Shown: piece by piece, positions 19,837-29,556 of the stretch
Layout: every line of letters starts with the position of its first letter
Position numbering within the stretch: the stretch's first letter is position 1
IMG/VR virus record: IMGVR_UViG_3300009597_000017
Span: 1 to 51,094 of that record
Origin: a virus
Taxonomy: Duplodnaviria; Caudoviricetes
Direction: 5' to 3' (one strand)
Length of the DNA: 51,094 nucleotides
Notes under the pieces: generated by a model
What the model was told of the DNA's origin: nothing
The model's database searches: none
Seen by the model: only the letters and a program-made list of their open reading frames with translations
Position numbers and translations under genes: made by a program

Positions 19837-22514
19837 TACCCGCCTCCACTGGCTTCAAACCAGTTCATGCCTGTCTTCATGTCTGCAGGGAATTTAATAC
19901 CCCAAAGCTCTTGTGTCAAGAGCTTGGTGGCCAAAGCCTTGCCTTCTTCCACGCGGTCAAGCGGCGTTTCGATCAAAAGAGCGTCATGTCCGTGCTGCAC
20001 GGGGGTCAACAAACCACCCCACTCGCCGCTTTCGTAGTACATCGCGTTTAAACCAAGAGCAAGGACAAACGCCGCCGTGTCTTGAGGCAAGCGACTCCAA
20101 ACCTGCTTCTTGCTCTCGTACTTCAATTCCTTGGTCTTTTTGTCTCGCAAGTAACCTGCCCATGTGAATTCTCGGCCGGTCAGCGGATTGCGCAGTCGCG
20201 AAGTCCGATATACCTCGTCGACAATGTTCTCTTGCCAGAGTTTAACGCCACTGAACACGCGGAAGAAAACGTCGATCATGTACTGCACTTGCTTAACTGT
20301 CAAGCGCAAATCGTCGCCCATGCGGAATGATTCGGCGTTTAGTTCTTTGACGAGTTGCTCAGCACGTCCACCATACATGACGGCGTAGGTCAAACGTTTG
20401 GCCTGCTGCCGAGTGATCTCTGCGCCGCTGCCAAGCATTAATTGCACAACGCGCGTATGACTGTCGATCTTGCCATCTTGCTTATTGCCCGGCCAATTGA
20501 TTGGCACGTTAAACGCTTCAATCAAGCGCTTGTCTTTAGACAGAACAGCAACGACGCGAGCCTCAATCTGCGACATGTCGGGCTGCAGAAAGATGAACCC
20601 GTCCCGAGGAACGACGAAGCGACGAGCGGGCTTTGGCAGATTCTGCCCATTCGTCCCTGCCTCTAACAGACCTTCCTTAGAAGCGACGCGGCCGGAGCCA
20701 GTGCCGAATGGGTCAAAAATGCAGTGCAGCAAGCCATCACCGCCCGCGTGCAAACGCGCGACTGTGTCATGATCTGCACGTGTCTCGCTGACCTCGACAA
20801 TCTTGGCAATAATCGGATGCTTGTCCTTAATCGGGTCAAGCTGCGCCGCTTTGGTCGTCTCTTTGCCCTTGAATTTACGTGCACGAACGCCTAGACCTCG
20901 AAAGACCACGTCGGCGATTTGCTCTGGCGAGTCGGAATTGAATTCAAGTTTCTTGACAACTTTGCCGCTGCCCCGACACGTCACGCATTCCGGCCATGAG
21001 AGTTTAAACGTCTTAATGGTCTTAAACCCATGATACTCGGCCGTCTTTTTGAGATCAACGGATTGCGTTTCAGCGACCCAACAAACGGTTCGACCTTCAA
21101 GCGCGCACCGCTCGCAGTGAATGCGCTGTGTCTTGCCTCCTCCACAGCAGTCACACTTGCGCATAACACGAAACAAGTGCGGCTTTTCGAAGCTCGCCAA
21201 TTTCTTCTCGACAATTGGTTCAACGAGCTTCTGCAACTCAGCGTCTTGAGCGAGCAGAGACGCGCCGATTTCATCCTCAACCTCTTGGCGCACGACTTCG
21301 TCGATCTTGAATCCAGTCGCTGTCATCTCCATCAATGGCATCAACAAACGATGATCGTGCTCGGCAATCGGCATCAGGCCGCGGTCTTGAAGACTGCGCA
21401 ACTGCGCCCAATACGCGTCGAAGCACACAACTGAGTCCATGCCGCAGTAGATCAGAATGTCGTGATTGGCCAGCCATTTGTGGTATGGCCAATTCGTGAA
21501 GCGACTGGCAATGTGCGGAGACAATTCCTTTTGCAGCGCTGTATTCAGAATGTGCGCGGCGCCCTGCGTGTCAAAGATTGGACGTGCGACTTTAATCTTA
21601 AGACACTTGCGGAAAAACGCAAAATCGTGCGTCCAATTATGCGCAACCTTCATAACACGCGCCGATGTCAGCAAGGCAGTTAAAGGCGCGCGGAATTCCT
21701 CGCTCCATTCAAAAACGTGAACCTCGTCCTCAGTCGCAATGCCGATGACCCAAGGCTCAAGCTCCGAGTCGACCGAGATCAAATCAGGGTCGCTCTTGAC
21801 CAATCGTTTCAGCGCTTCAACGTCTTGAATATACCACTTACGATACACAGTCGGCGTCACGCCGTCCTTGGCGATCTTCGCCGCTTTGGCAATATCCATC
21901 AAGAACCATGGAGACCAATTCATCTGGCGTAGAATCGCCGCTGGATGAAACGTTGGAATGACGACTGAGTTAAGCGGCAAGGCGCCCGGCGGATTGAGAT
22001 TCAACCGGCTCAAATAGTCTTCCGGCGCGCAAGCGGCCGGCAGAGCAAGGCCCTCGACATAGTCGAGTTTAAACGCAGCGGCGGGCAAGACCGAGCCGCG
22101 CCACTGCCCAATGAATCCCTCTTTCCGAGACTCACCGCGCTGTACTACTGGGGGCTTTCCGCCGAGGAGCCATTCAGTGGGATTGGCTCCAAGTGCGACG
22201 AATACACGAGCGTGTTTGAGAGCTTGAAGCTCGTCTCGTAGACGAGCTTTTCCCCATGCCAAATCTTCAAGATCGTGGTCTGCAAAGTGGTCTCCCGGCG
22301 CCCGCACGGGCACCAAATTCATGAGTCGGATTTCAGAACGATCAATGCCAGCGTGGCGCAGCGCAATGTTTAGCTGCTTGCCGGCCTTGCCGACGAATGG
22401 GATTCCTTGCTCAACTTCGTCTTGAGCAGGAGATTCGCCGATGAAAACGAGTTGAGCAGAAAGCGGGCCGCTCGAATCAACGACCCGCTTTCCGCTTGGG
22501 CTTAGATCAGTCAA
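19836..22514 (-). CDS. polA: DNA polymerase family A with N-terminal uracil-DNA glycosylase domain
   Basis: UDG family 4 motifs IGESP, PFVGKAG, TFHPA; exonuclease VDSE, AHN..HD, YCGMD; polymerase motifs A DMSQIEAR, B RQQAKRLTYAVMYG, C GHDA. Confidence 0.92.
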   Translation of the reverse strand: MTDLSPSGKRVVDSSGPLSAQLVFIGESPAQDEVEQGIPFVGKAGKQLNIALRHAGIDRSEIRLMNLVPVRAPGDHFADHDLEDLAWGKARLRDELQALKHARVFVALGANPTEWLLGGKPPVVQRGESRKEGFIGQWRGSVLPAAAFKLDYVEGLALPAACAPEDYLSRLNLNPPGALPLNSVVIPTFHPAAILRQMNWSPWFLMDIAKAAKIAKDGVTPTVYRKWYIQDVEALKRLVKSDPDLISVDSELEPWVIGIATEDEVHVFEWSEEFRAPLTALLTSARVMKVAHNWTHDFAFFRKCLKIKVARPIFDTQGAAHILNTALQKELSPHIASRFTNWPYHKWLANHDILIYCGMDSVVCFDAYWAQLRSLQDRGLMPIAEHDHRLLMPLMEMTATGFKIDEVVRQEVEDEIGASLLAQDAELQKLVEPIVEKKLASFEKPHLFRVMRKCDCCGGGKTQRIHCERCALEGRTVCWVAETQSVDLKKTAEYHGFKTIKTFKLSWPECVTCRGSGKVVKKLEFNSDSPEQIADVVFRGLGVRARKFKGKETTKAAQLDPIKDKHPIIAKIVEVSETRADHDTVARLHAGGDGLLHCIFDPFGTGSGRVASKEGLLEAGTNGQNLPKPARRFVVPRDGFIFLQPDMSQIEARVVAVLSKDKRLIEAFNVPINWPGNKQDGKIDSHTRVVQLMLGSGAEITRQQAKRLTYAVMYGGRAEQLVKELNAESFRMGDDLRLTVKQVQYMIDVFFRVFSGVKLWQENIVDEVYRTSRLRNPLTGREFTWAGYLRDKKTKELKYESKKQVWSRLPQDTAAFVLALGLNAMYYESGEWGGLLTPVQHGHDALLIETPLDRVEEGKALATKLLTQELWGIKFPADMKTGMNWFEASGGG

Positions 22515-22535
22515 GATGACTGACCTCCAGAGTGA

Positions 22536-23726
22536 TTACTGCTGCTCGCCGCGGCGAGTGGTGAGATTCAAGCCAAGATCACGAGCCGTCTTGGCGCTCA
22601 ACATGTCGATCAAGGCGTTCGCGCCATTCGCTGATTGGCCAGAGTTGCCCATGACCACGCCCGGCACCCATGCACCCTGATACTTCGGCGCGTTCTCAGC
22701 CCATGCCGTCATGACATTGACATAAGCTGCGAGCTTAGCTTCAAGCGCATTGTCTGCCTGCATGAGCAAGCGACGACGAGCGGCTTCGCCCTCGCCCCGT
22801 GCGATGTTAGCCGCACGTTCTTGAAGCGCGGCTCGTGCGTCGAGCGACGCGACTTCAAGCTCCTGCTGAGCGACTACAACGGCCGCCGCTTTCTCCGTCT
22901 CTTTCTCCCAACGCGCAGTGGCGGCGTTGGCGCGGCCGGTCTGTTCAGCGGTCAAAGCCTGCTGCTCGGCCTTACGCGCTTCAGCAACCGCCGTGTTGAC
23001 AGCCATGGCGTTGCGCTGCTGAGCGGCAATCTGATCTTCGACGATCTTGTCGTAGGCAATGTCGCTTACGGCAAAGTTGAAGGCTGTGACGCCAAAGGCT
23101 TCAAGCTGCGACTGCTCCTGCCGCTGCGGCTTGCCATCCGTCATGGCAATCTCAGCGACGGTTACAGTCTTGTCCTCGCCGGTAATCGGGTCTTTCATCT
23201 TGAGATCGCGCCGAGTCGTGCGGTAGACTCCGTGAACGATCTGATCTTCAATCCAGAAGATCAGATTCGACCGCTTCTCAGCGTAAGATTCCGTCGAAGA
23301 CAAAAGCGGCCCAGTCATGAAGATCGACTTGTCTGTAATGACAGCCAGCAAGCCGGCCTTAAGAGCATCAGCCGACGTGTACGACTCATACAAGCTGCGT
23401 AGAATCGCCTCGTTCAATGGCAGACGGAACTGAATCGACCCAACGACCTTGCCATGTCCGCCCTCATTGAAGCGAATCGGGCCTTCAAACGGGTATGTCA
23501 AGACCTTGGGATACGACGTGACGCGTCCGAAGCCTTGCCAAACGATGCCCGGCGAGACATGAATGCTGACCTGTCCACGAACGTGCTGGATAATCAGGAT
23601 TTCGTTCGCATCGACTTTTTCAACGAGCATACCGCTCATAATCAAGCCGACGAACAGGACTAAGCCAATGCCAATGGCGGTAATCCGTTTGACCCACGAG
23701 ACCGGCGCTTCAGTGCTTCCGTACAT
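22536..23726 (-). CDS. SPFH/band 7 domain membrane protein
   Basis: N-terminal TM, SPG, FNEGG, AE-rich coiled coil. Confidence 0.8.
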   Translation of the reverse strand: MYGSTEAPVSWVKRITAIGIGLVLFVGLIMSGMLVEKVDANEILIIQHVRGQVSIHVSPGIVWQGFGRVTSYPKVLTYPFEGPIRFNEGGHGKVVGSIQFRLPLNEAILRSLYESYTSADALKAGLLAVITDKSIFMTGPLLSSTESYAEKRSNLIFWIEDQIVHGVYRTTRRDLKMKDPITGEDKTVTVAEIAMTDGKPQRQEQSQLEAFGVTAFNFAVSDIAYDKIVEDQIAAQQRNAMAVNTAVAEARKAEQQALTAEQTGRANAATARWEKETEKAAAVVVAQQELEVASLDARAALQERAANIARGEGEAARRRLLMQADNALEAKLAAYVNVMTAWAENAPKYQGAWVPGVVMGNSGQSANGANALIDMLSAKTARDLGLNLTTRRGEQQ

Positions 23727-23753
23727 TTGTTCACTCCTCCTAGTGAGTGTAGA

Positions 23754-23963
23754 TTAGCGAGTGCGCAGTTTGCGCATAGCCTTTTGAAGCTCGTTGAGGT
23801 TCTTCGCCTCAACGACTTGGCCGAATTTGTCTTCGACCACACGCCGACGTCGCAGAATCGGCCACGTCGGTTGATTCTTCCACAATGGCCACATGACTTG
23901 CGACACAATGGCCAAGAACAAGAGCGCCATGAGCAAGTATTCAATTAGACGTAGGAAGATCAT
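23754..23963 (-). CDS. Small membrane protein
   Basis: TM helix plus basic tail. Confidence 0.55.
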   Translation of the reverse strand: MIFLRLIEYLLMALLFLAIVSQVMWPLWKNQPTWPILRRRRVVEDKFGQVVEAKNLNELQKAMRKLRTR

Positions 23964-23966
23964 GGT

Positions 23967-24191
23967 CTAGTCCTTCCCGAAGATTGCAACGCCAAGAGCG
24001 ATTAGCCCCATGACAAGCAAGAGCATGACGACAATGGCGAATGGCATCCAGAACGGCGCCAGCACCCACCACCATGACCAGTCGATTACCTGCGCGAGCT
24101 TAAAGGCGACAAAAACTATGCCTAGTAATATGCATAGTAATCCACTAGTCGGAGTAGCGCGGTACACAACGATTTTCTTGTCGCTTTCCAT
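23967..24191 (-). CDS. Small two-TM phage membrane protein
   Basis: KL..VIDWSWWWVLAPFW motif common in phages. Confidence 0.7.
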   Translation of the reverse strand: MESDKKIVVYRATPTSGLLCILLGIVFVAFKLAQVIDWSWWWVLAPFWMPFAIVVMLLLVMGLIALGVAIFGKD

Positions 24192-24214
24192 TAAACCCCC
24201 CTTGGGTAAGTGAG

Positions 24215-24253
24215 AAAAAATTCGGCGAGTAGGAGTCGAACCTACTCGCCGAA
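24215..24253 (-). terminator. Intrinsic terminator
   Basis: Perfect 13-bp stem TTCGGCGAGTAGG/CCTACTCGCCGAA followed by T6 on the minus strand. Confidence 0.75.
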
Positions 24254-24260
24254 GTGCAGA

Positions 24261-24641
24261 TTACAGACTCGGCTGCGACTCAGGCGCCGTGATCTTGGCG
24301 ATCTTGGCGAATCCAGCGTCGTCCTCGCTCACGTCGACCAATACAACGCGTCCCACCAACGACGTGGAGTTGTAAGTCGTACGACCCGTGGCGGCCTTGG
24401 CAATCCGCTTGAGTTGGCCGCGACCCGCCTGAACGGCGCGGGGGTTATCATGCTGGTACCAATAACCCTTCGTGATCGGGAAGCCAAGCCCTTCGATCTG
24501 GAACGTCAACTCGTGCAACGTTCCCGTGTCCTTCTCGACCACGTTGAATTCCGTAATCGTGGCGGCAACGCCCTTCAGCGTCGGTACGCCTGCGTCGCTG
24601 ACATCAAATTCATCAGCGGCGGTCATCAGTTCGTCGTTCAT
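24261..24641 (-). CDS. Putative ssDNA-binding protein (DUF669-like)
   Basis: Acidic OB-fold-like ORF next to the Sak4-like and nuclease genes. Confidence 0.5.
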   Translation of the reverse strand: MNDELMTAADEFDVSDAGVPTLKGVAATITEFNVVEKDTGTLHELTFQIEGLGFPITKGYWYQHDNPRAVQAGRGQLKRIAKAATGRTTYNSTSLVGRVVLVDVSEDDAGFAKIAKITAPESQPSL

Positions 24642-24728
24642 TCTTTGCTCCTAAACAGCGCTTGCAAGTTGGCTGTTTTTACATCCCATCGTTGCTCAGC
24701 CGGCACAACAATGGCGGGGTAGTCTCTA

Positions 24729-24757
24729 AACTTACATCACGATCAACGAATTGTCAA
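24729..24757 (-). promoter_or_regulatory. Sigma70-type promoter
   Basis: TTGACA-N17-TAAGTT. Confidence 0.6.
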
Positions 24758-24761
24758 GCCC

Positions 24762-25076
24762 TTAAGTCGCGGCGGGGCCAGAGTTTAAACACGCCTCAGC
24801 CGTCTCAAGATCACGCGGCGTGTAGTTGCTTCGAGCTTCCGCCTTGACGAAGTTACGGAAATCCTCGACCGAACGAATCTCTGTAAAATCGGTCGGAAAG
24901 CGATGATTCTCAAACGGCGTTGGGCACGAGCAGCCGCTGTCCTGCGCGGCGTAAATTTTGCCATCCCGCGTGTCACAAACAAGGATGACGTCGTCGAAGT
25001 CGTACGACGCGTTTGGGTCATTCAGTGTGAATAAATGCTCCAAGAAATCAGGAGCGTTGTAGAATGGTCGTTCCAT
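24762..25076 (-). CDS. Conserved phage hypothetical protein
   Basis: SYDFD...DSGCSCPTPFE motif; GGAGG SD. Confidence 0.65.
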   Translation of the reverse strand: MERPFYNAPDFLEHLFTLNDPNASYDFDDVILVCDTRDGKIYAAQDSGCSCPTPFENHRFPTDFTEIRSVEDFRNFVKAEARSNYTPRDLETAEACLNSGPAAT

Positions 25077-25907
25077 TTAAGCCTCCAATCGACGTTGAGC
25101 AGCTTGTTCGATTGCCGTCTTGACCGACAGCCAATCGTTCTTAATTCGATCATTAGTCGCCAAATCGCCGAAGCGATTCTTGGTCGGCCGCTTCGGGTCA
25201 GCGCGCCATTGAACATAATGAACGCGCGAGTTGTTGTTGCCCGGCATAACGCCAGCGTACAAGACCGTGCTGAAGAAACTTGGCAGAGCGGCGCGAAATG
25301 CGCCGGGAACCGCCGGCATGTTCATTCGACTCGCACCCTCGGTCACTTTCGCGACGCTAGTATCCTTAACGTCGGTCTCAACCACGTGACTCAATGCGAT
25401 CAAATGAACGCCGAATCCGCGGAATGCACGGGCAAGCCGCAGAAGCTCCTCTTGACGCTGACGCAAGTAGGTGTAAAAAGCTGCGCCATCCGGCGACATC
25501 GCTGCCGGTGGCTCGTTGCGTCCATACTTTGCCATCGCTGTGTTGGTTGCCAAGGTTCCAAACGCCGAGACCGTGTCTAAAACCAAGACGGCATAGCGCG
25601 ACGGCTTCCCGTTCTTGAAGTCTTCGGCGACTTCGGCATAGCGTAGACGTAGCCAACGAATGGCATCTCGCAGCCCAGTCGGTTGGCCAATTAAGTCGGC
25701 CGTAGATTCGCTCGGCAAATACGTCGAGTCTTCAAAATGCCGCATGTTGTACGCCGGCATTTCCAGACCGTAATAAGAGTCAAGCTCGTCCAAGGGGCTG
25801 GCAAGGACAAGGCCGCTACCTTCGGCAACAAGCGCGCCCCGTGCGAACGTCGACTTGCCAGCCCCACTCGGGCCGGTCAACAGGATTGAATGCGTAAGCT
25901 TAGCCAC
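25077..25907 (-). CDS. AAA_24/Sak4-like recombination ATPase
   Basis: GPSGAGKST, LVLDTVS, LIALSH, KNR; GTG start at 25907. Confidence 0.8.
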   Translation of the reverse strand: MAKLTHSILLTGPSGAGKSTFARGALVAEGSGLVLASPLDELDSYYGLEMPAYNMRHFEDSTYLPSESTADLIGQPTGLRDAIRWLRLRYAEVAEDFKNGKPSRYAVLVLDTVSAFGTLATNTAMAKYGRNEPPAAMSPDGAAFYTYLRQRQEELLRLARAFRGFGVHLIALSHVVETDVKDTSVAKVTEGASRMNMPAVPGAFRAALPSFFSTVLYAGVMPGNNNSRVHYVQWRADPKRPTKNRFGDLATNDRIKNDWLSVKTAIEQAAQRRLEA

Positions 25908-26047
25908 CGAAGATTTCCTCGGCAATGCCAACCACTTCACTGATGAACAAGGTTGCGGCGGCAGCCCATAAATCGACCGGCAGCAGCACGTAGCCGGCAA
26001 GACGAATCACCGACTTGATGTATGAAATGCGAGCGTGAATCTGTGCT

Positions 26048-26980
26048 TTAGTAACCACTGTCTTCCTCTGGAATCTCAAAGTATTCCGATGTGAGCAGAG
26101 CAACACGTTCTTCTGGCTCAGACGTACAGAGTCGACGGAACGGACATTCAACGCCATACTCAAAGCAAGACATGTAATTGATCGACGTCTGATTAACCGC
26201 CGCGTCCATGAGATCAGGAATCCGCATGTCGCGTGCAAGCAAATCAAAGTCGCGCTCAGCAATGAATTGCGCCTGACGCACAGCTTCATTAAGCGTGTCA
26301 ACGCTCCAGTCAGGGCAAGGGATGTACTTAACGTTCGACGGAACGTCTTTCAGAATGCCCTCGACGACCACGTCAATGTTCTCCGGCAACATGTCGTATG
26401 CCCGAGCGGCTCCAGCCTTATACAGCTTCATCTGAAGCGACGTTTCCCATTGCCGCTCCCACCGCTTGTCCATTCGCGCCGCAGTCTTAGAGTCGACTAC
26501 GACCAAATGATTCGTCGTTTTATTGAAGACAACGCGGTCTGTCTGAAAGCTGAGCTTAGCCTTCCGTCCATCAGCAAGAACGAGCGGCACTTCAAGACGA
26601 TCTTCGACTGAAACAAGCTGCCAATCGCCAGTCTCAAGACCGAATGGCCCACTCACTTCAGCAGTCATTGTGTAGGCTTGAATCATAGCCTCGGCGATCT
26701 GCAATGTCAAGTCGCCAGCGTTTAAACTCGGATTGGCGTTAAAGCGTTTCGCCCACTCGGCGTTAACAGCGGCATAAGCAAGTCGACGAGCGACGTCACC
26801 ATCAGCGTTTGACTTCCACCAAGCAGCCGCGCCGGCGTGAATGACACTGCCAAATTCAAGACTCGCGCTGAAGTAACGAGCGCGCTGCAAGATGTCGGCG
26901 ATTACATGTCGCCGATAACACCGCAGCCCAAGCTCGACTCGCGTCGGAGTGACTACAACAGGAAGGCTCAACTTCGACAT
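26048..26980 (-). CDS. PD-(D/E)XK exonuclease (Cas4/RecB-like)
   Basis: C.RR, FGSVIH, VE, DR, VVDSKT, QMKLY, terminal C..C..C. Confidence 0.85.
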   Translation of the reverse strand: MSKLSLPVVVTPTRVELGLRCYRRHVIADILQRARYFSASLEFGSVIHAGAAAWWKSNADGDVARRLAYAAVNAEWAKRFNANPSLNAGDLTLQIAEAMIQAYTMTAEVSGPFGLETGDWQLVSVEDRLEVPLVLADGRKAKLSFQTDRVVFNKTTNHLVVVDSKTAARMDKRWERQWETSLQMKLYKAGAARAYDMLPENIDVVVEGILKDVPSNVKYIPCPDWSVDTLNEAVRQAQFIAERDFDLLARDMRIPDLMDAAVNQTSINYMSCFEYGVECPFRRLCTSEPEERVALLTSEYFEIPEEDSGY

Positions 26981-27249
26981 TAGCCGATGACTTTCACCAC
27001 TTCGAATTGTGGCCGTGGAATGACACTGCGTACTTCGACGAGTTGAACATTGCCGGGAAACGGTTGATACCCCTTACTGAACCGATACGCCACCCATGAC
27101 ATGACGTCTTCAAAGGACTGAAACTTCGTCGCTTCGTCGACGGAGCACACCGTCGTGTAGGTGTCCTGAGCGGCGGTTGGCGAGTCTTCGATGTTCCGTC
27201 GAATGTAGCGACCGAGCGGCTTGTCACCTTTCCATTGCAGAACGAACAT
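26980..27249 (-). CDS. Hypothetical protein
   Basis: 89 aa coupled ORF. Confidence 0.55.
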   Translation of the reverse strand: MFVLQWKGDKPLGRYIRRNIEDSPTAAQDTYTTVCSVDEATKFQSFEDVMSWVAYRFSKGYQPFPGNVQLVEVRSVIPRPQFEVVKVIG

Positions 27250-27250
27250 T

Positions 27251-27475
27251 TTACAAACCCTTTCCGTAGCGCGCCCAGTAGTAAACTAGCATCGGCCAGA
27301 GCAAGGCATCGAGCGCAATGTCTTGCCCATCAGCAACGTTTGGATGACTCCACCGATACGCAATCGTTGCGAACAGACCAATGTTAAGATACAACGAGAA
27401 CAGCAAGTGCACGGAACCGCCTCTGATTAAATCTACAGCCACTTCGTTGAATGTCAACACTTTGATGAATGTCAA
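27251..27475 (-). CDS. Small membrane protein
   Basis: Hydrophobic segments, LLWP motif; start uncertain. Confidence 0.45.
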   Translation of the reverse strand: MTFIKVLTFNEVAVDLIRGGSVHLLFSLYLNIGLFATIAYRWSHPNVADGQDIALDALLWPMLVYYWARYGKGL

Positions 27476-27654
27476 CTACGACGTCGCACTTCGAGCTTAA
27501 CCGGCCCGTCGCCGGCGAGACTCGGCGAACTGACAAAATCAGGCGAGCCAAAGACCAAGACCTCGACGAAGTCTGCATTGTCGACGTCGTCAGTAATCAC
27601 GACTTTGCCGCCATCAAATTCGACCTCAATCACTTCAGATCGCTTAGTCTTCAT
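27472..27654 (-). CDS. Hypothetical protein
   Basis: 60 aa coupled ORF. Confidence 0.5.
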   Translation of the reverse strand: MKTKRSEVIEVEFDGGKVVITDDVDNADFVEVLVFGSPDFVSSPSLAGDGPVKLEVRRRS

Positions 27655-28160
27655 TGAACAAACTCCCGCGTAGACGCTGTGACTTGAACAAGCGGCGGCA
27701 CTTCTTGGGTCAACAACGCCAGCCAGCCAACGTAGGCCAAAGCCTCTTTGGCGTAGATTCGTGCGTGCACGCCACTGCCGTTGTAAATACGCAGAGCGTC
27801 AGCCCAAGACAGTGCGCCGTCCCGAGCAGAGCGCAGAATGGCGGCACCGCAACGTAGGTTGGACGCGTAGATTTTCAACGAAGCAACCGCGCACGCTGGA
27901 TGCCGCCACTGGATGCAGGGGTTAATCTGCAAACGACCGATCTCTCGGCAAATGCGCCGACAATTGCCGATTGAGTCGCATTCAAGACGACCGGGGCCGC
28001 GGATTGCAGGATTGACGTTTAAACGTGTCTCTTGCCAAGCGACCGCATACATGACTGCTGCCGGCACGCCGACTGCCTCGCCGACTCGCTTTAATGCCAG
28101 CGAGTCGGGAGGCAGAGCGAATTGAACGAGCAAGAGCGCGATCAACGAACGTCCGGCCAA
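27651..28160 (-). CDS. Lytic transglycosylase (SLT domain), secreted
   Basis: AVAWQET, GRLQIN, NLRCGAAIL, YNG motifs; signal-like N-terminus. Confidence 0.8.
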   Translation of the reverse strand: MAGRSLIALLLVQFALPPDSLALKRVGEAVGVPAAVMYAVAWQETRLNVNPAIRGPGRLECDSIGNCRRICREIGRLQINPCIQWRHPACAVASLKIYASNLRCGAAILRSARDGALSWADALRIYNGSGVHARIYAKEALAYVGWLALLTQEVPPLVQVTASTREFVQ

Positions 28161-28283
28161 TAGGCCGGCGGTTCAGTCAGCTTAGCAACGCGTCGAAGCC
28201 AGCCGGCGATTTTCTCGCGCGAATGCTGGGCAATGTCATTGCGATCAATAATTTCCGAGGACAGCGTCTGGAATTTCGTTGAT

Positions 28284-28712
28284 TTAGCGCCCACGAATCG
28301 AATCCTCCCAAGTTTGAAACGCTGTTTTAAGCGCGGTCATTTCCGCCCGATGCGGAATCGACCCGGCGCTGCCAGTTGCCATAACGTAGACGCCTTTGAC
28401 TCGTGCAACTTGGTCAGTCGCAAAGCCAGAGCCGCGTTGAAGCTTGGCCAAACGCCCAATCGCACCACGCAGCTTTTGCTGATGCTCGACGAATGCGCGA
28501 TTGCGCAGTAAGTCACTAGGCTTATTGCGCAAAACGGCGACGTCAGACTGATTGCCTAAATTGGCAATCGTTTGGAGCAATGTGAATTCGCCCGCACGAA
28601 TGCGCCGCTGCATCGCCGGCCGTGAGTCGATCTTGCGCACCGGCTTCTCATGCTTGAGCCAATAACGATTGCGCGCTGGCCCTGAATTGTCTTTGCCGTT
28701 AGAACTACTCAT
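28284..28712 (-). CDS. Hypothetical basic protein
   Basis: ~142 aa ORF in the operon. Confidence 0.5.
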   Translation of the reverse strand: MSSSNGKDNSGPARNRYWLKHEKPVRKIDSRPAMQRRIRAGEFTLLQTIANLGNQSDVAVLRNKPSDLLRNRAFVEHQQKLRGAIGRLAKLQRGSGFATDQVARVKGVYVMATGSAGSIPHRAEMTALKTAFQTWEDSIRGR

Positions 28713-28906
28713 TTGCACATCTCCCGCGCAAGAGTACCAGCAAGAGCTAGAGCGGTTAACAACAAACCCATGGACATAACGATTGGCTTACGCCAAGCCT
28801 TTGCTTCCCCTTCCATGGCCAGTATCGTTACGAGCGAGCCGCACGCCACGACAACAAAAAGCAAAAGCGTAATCACAAATCCTCCAGCGTGTAACACACC
28901 ACGCAT
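28709..28906 (-). CDS. Small two-TM protein
   Basis: Two hydrophobic helices. Confidence 0.45.
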   Translation of the reverse strand: MRGVLHAGGFVITLLLFVVVACGSLVTILAMEGEAKAWRKPIVMSMGLLLTALALAGTLAREMCK

Positions 28907-29185
28907 TCTTTCAGTTTTGTGAATGGTGCCAAATTGCGCCAGAGCGACGGGTCAATTTCATGCTTACATGGAAGCAAAGGCAATTCGCGCTTAGCCATTA
29001 TTGACTCCCCTAGCAACAACACGCAAAGCGTGCCGTGCCACAAATGCCACAAGGTTGAAACAAGAACGGGTCGCACTGCTTGCAGACTTTACAATGAAAC
29101 GGCCCGCAACGTAATTCCTCCTCGGGATGCTTTGGGCAATTGCCCATCTCTACGCCAGCGTTGCAATGATGCTCATATTGACAAA

Positions 29186-29449
29186 TCACGACAAGCCTCG
29201 CTTGCTCAATTCACGAGCAGCTTTGCGTTCACGTCGTTGAACGCGTCGAATGACTCGCGATTCACTGACAAGGCGTAGGTTCATGGCAGGAAGACCCGCC
29301 GTCTTAGTGAACGTAACAATGGCGTCAGGCAATTCGGTGCCACTACAGCGCGTATATTCAACGCCGTTTAAATCAGCAAAGACTTCCACATCGCCGAGTC
29401 GGCGAAGTGTCCAGCCTTTTGTGTCCCGTGGCGATTGTAATTCTAGCAC
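29186..29449 (-). CDS. Hypothetical protein
   Basis: GGAGG SD and upstream promoter-like motif. Confidence 0.55.
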   Translation of the reverse strand: MLELQSPRDTKGWTLRRLGDVEVFADLNGVEYTRCSGTELPDAIVTFTKTAGLPAMNLRLVSESRVIRRVQRRERKAARELSKRGLS

Positions 29450-29475
29450 AATCCTCCGATCAAGAGCCTATTCTA

Positions 29476-29494
29476 AACTTAACACCCCTGTCAA
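29476..29494 (-). promoter_or_regulatory. TTGAC-N7-TAnnnT motif, copy 1
   Basis: TTGACA GGGGTGT TAAGTT. Confidence 0.5.
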
Positions 29495-29556
29495 GGCCCG
29501 TGCTCAACGTCCCATACGCGCTTGAGCAATCAAATCGTCATTTCGAATGTACATAA

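Noticed and set aside
24229-24245. attP core for integration at a tRNA gene
   Set aside because: No integrase or repressor module seen, and the match is to the phage's own tRNA
26048-26980. Cas4-like nuclease as part of a CRISPR system
   Set aside because: No repeat-spacer array or other cas genes; it sits in a Sak4/SSB recombination module
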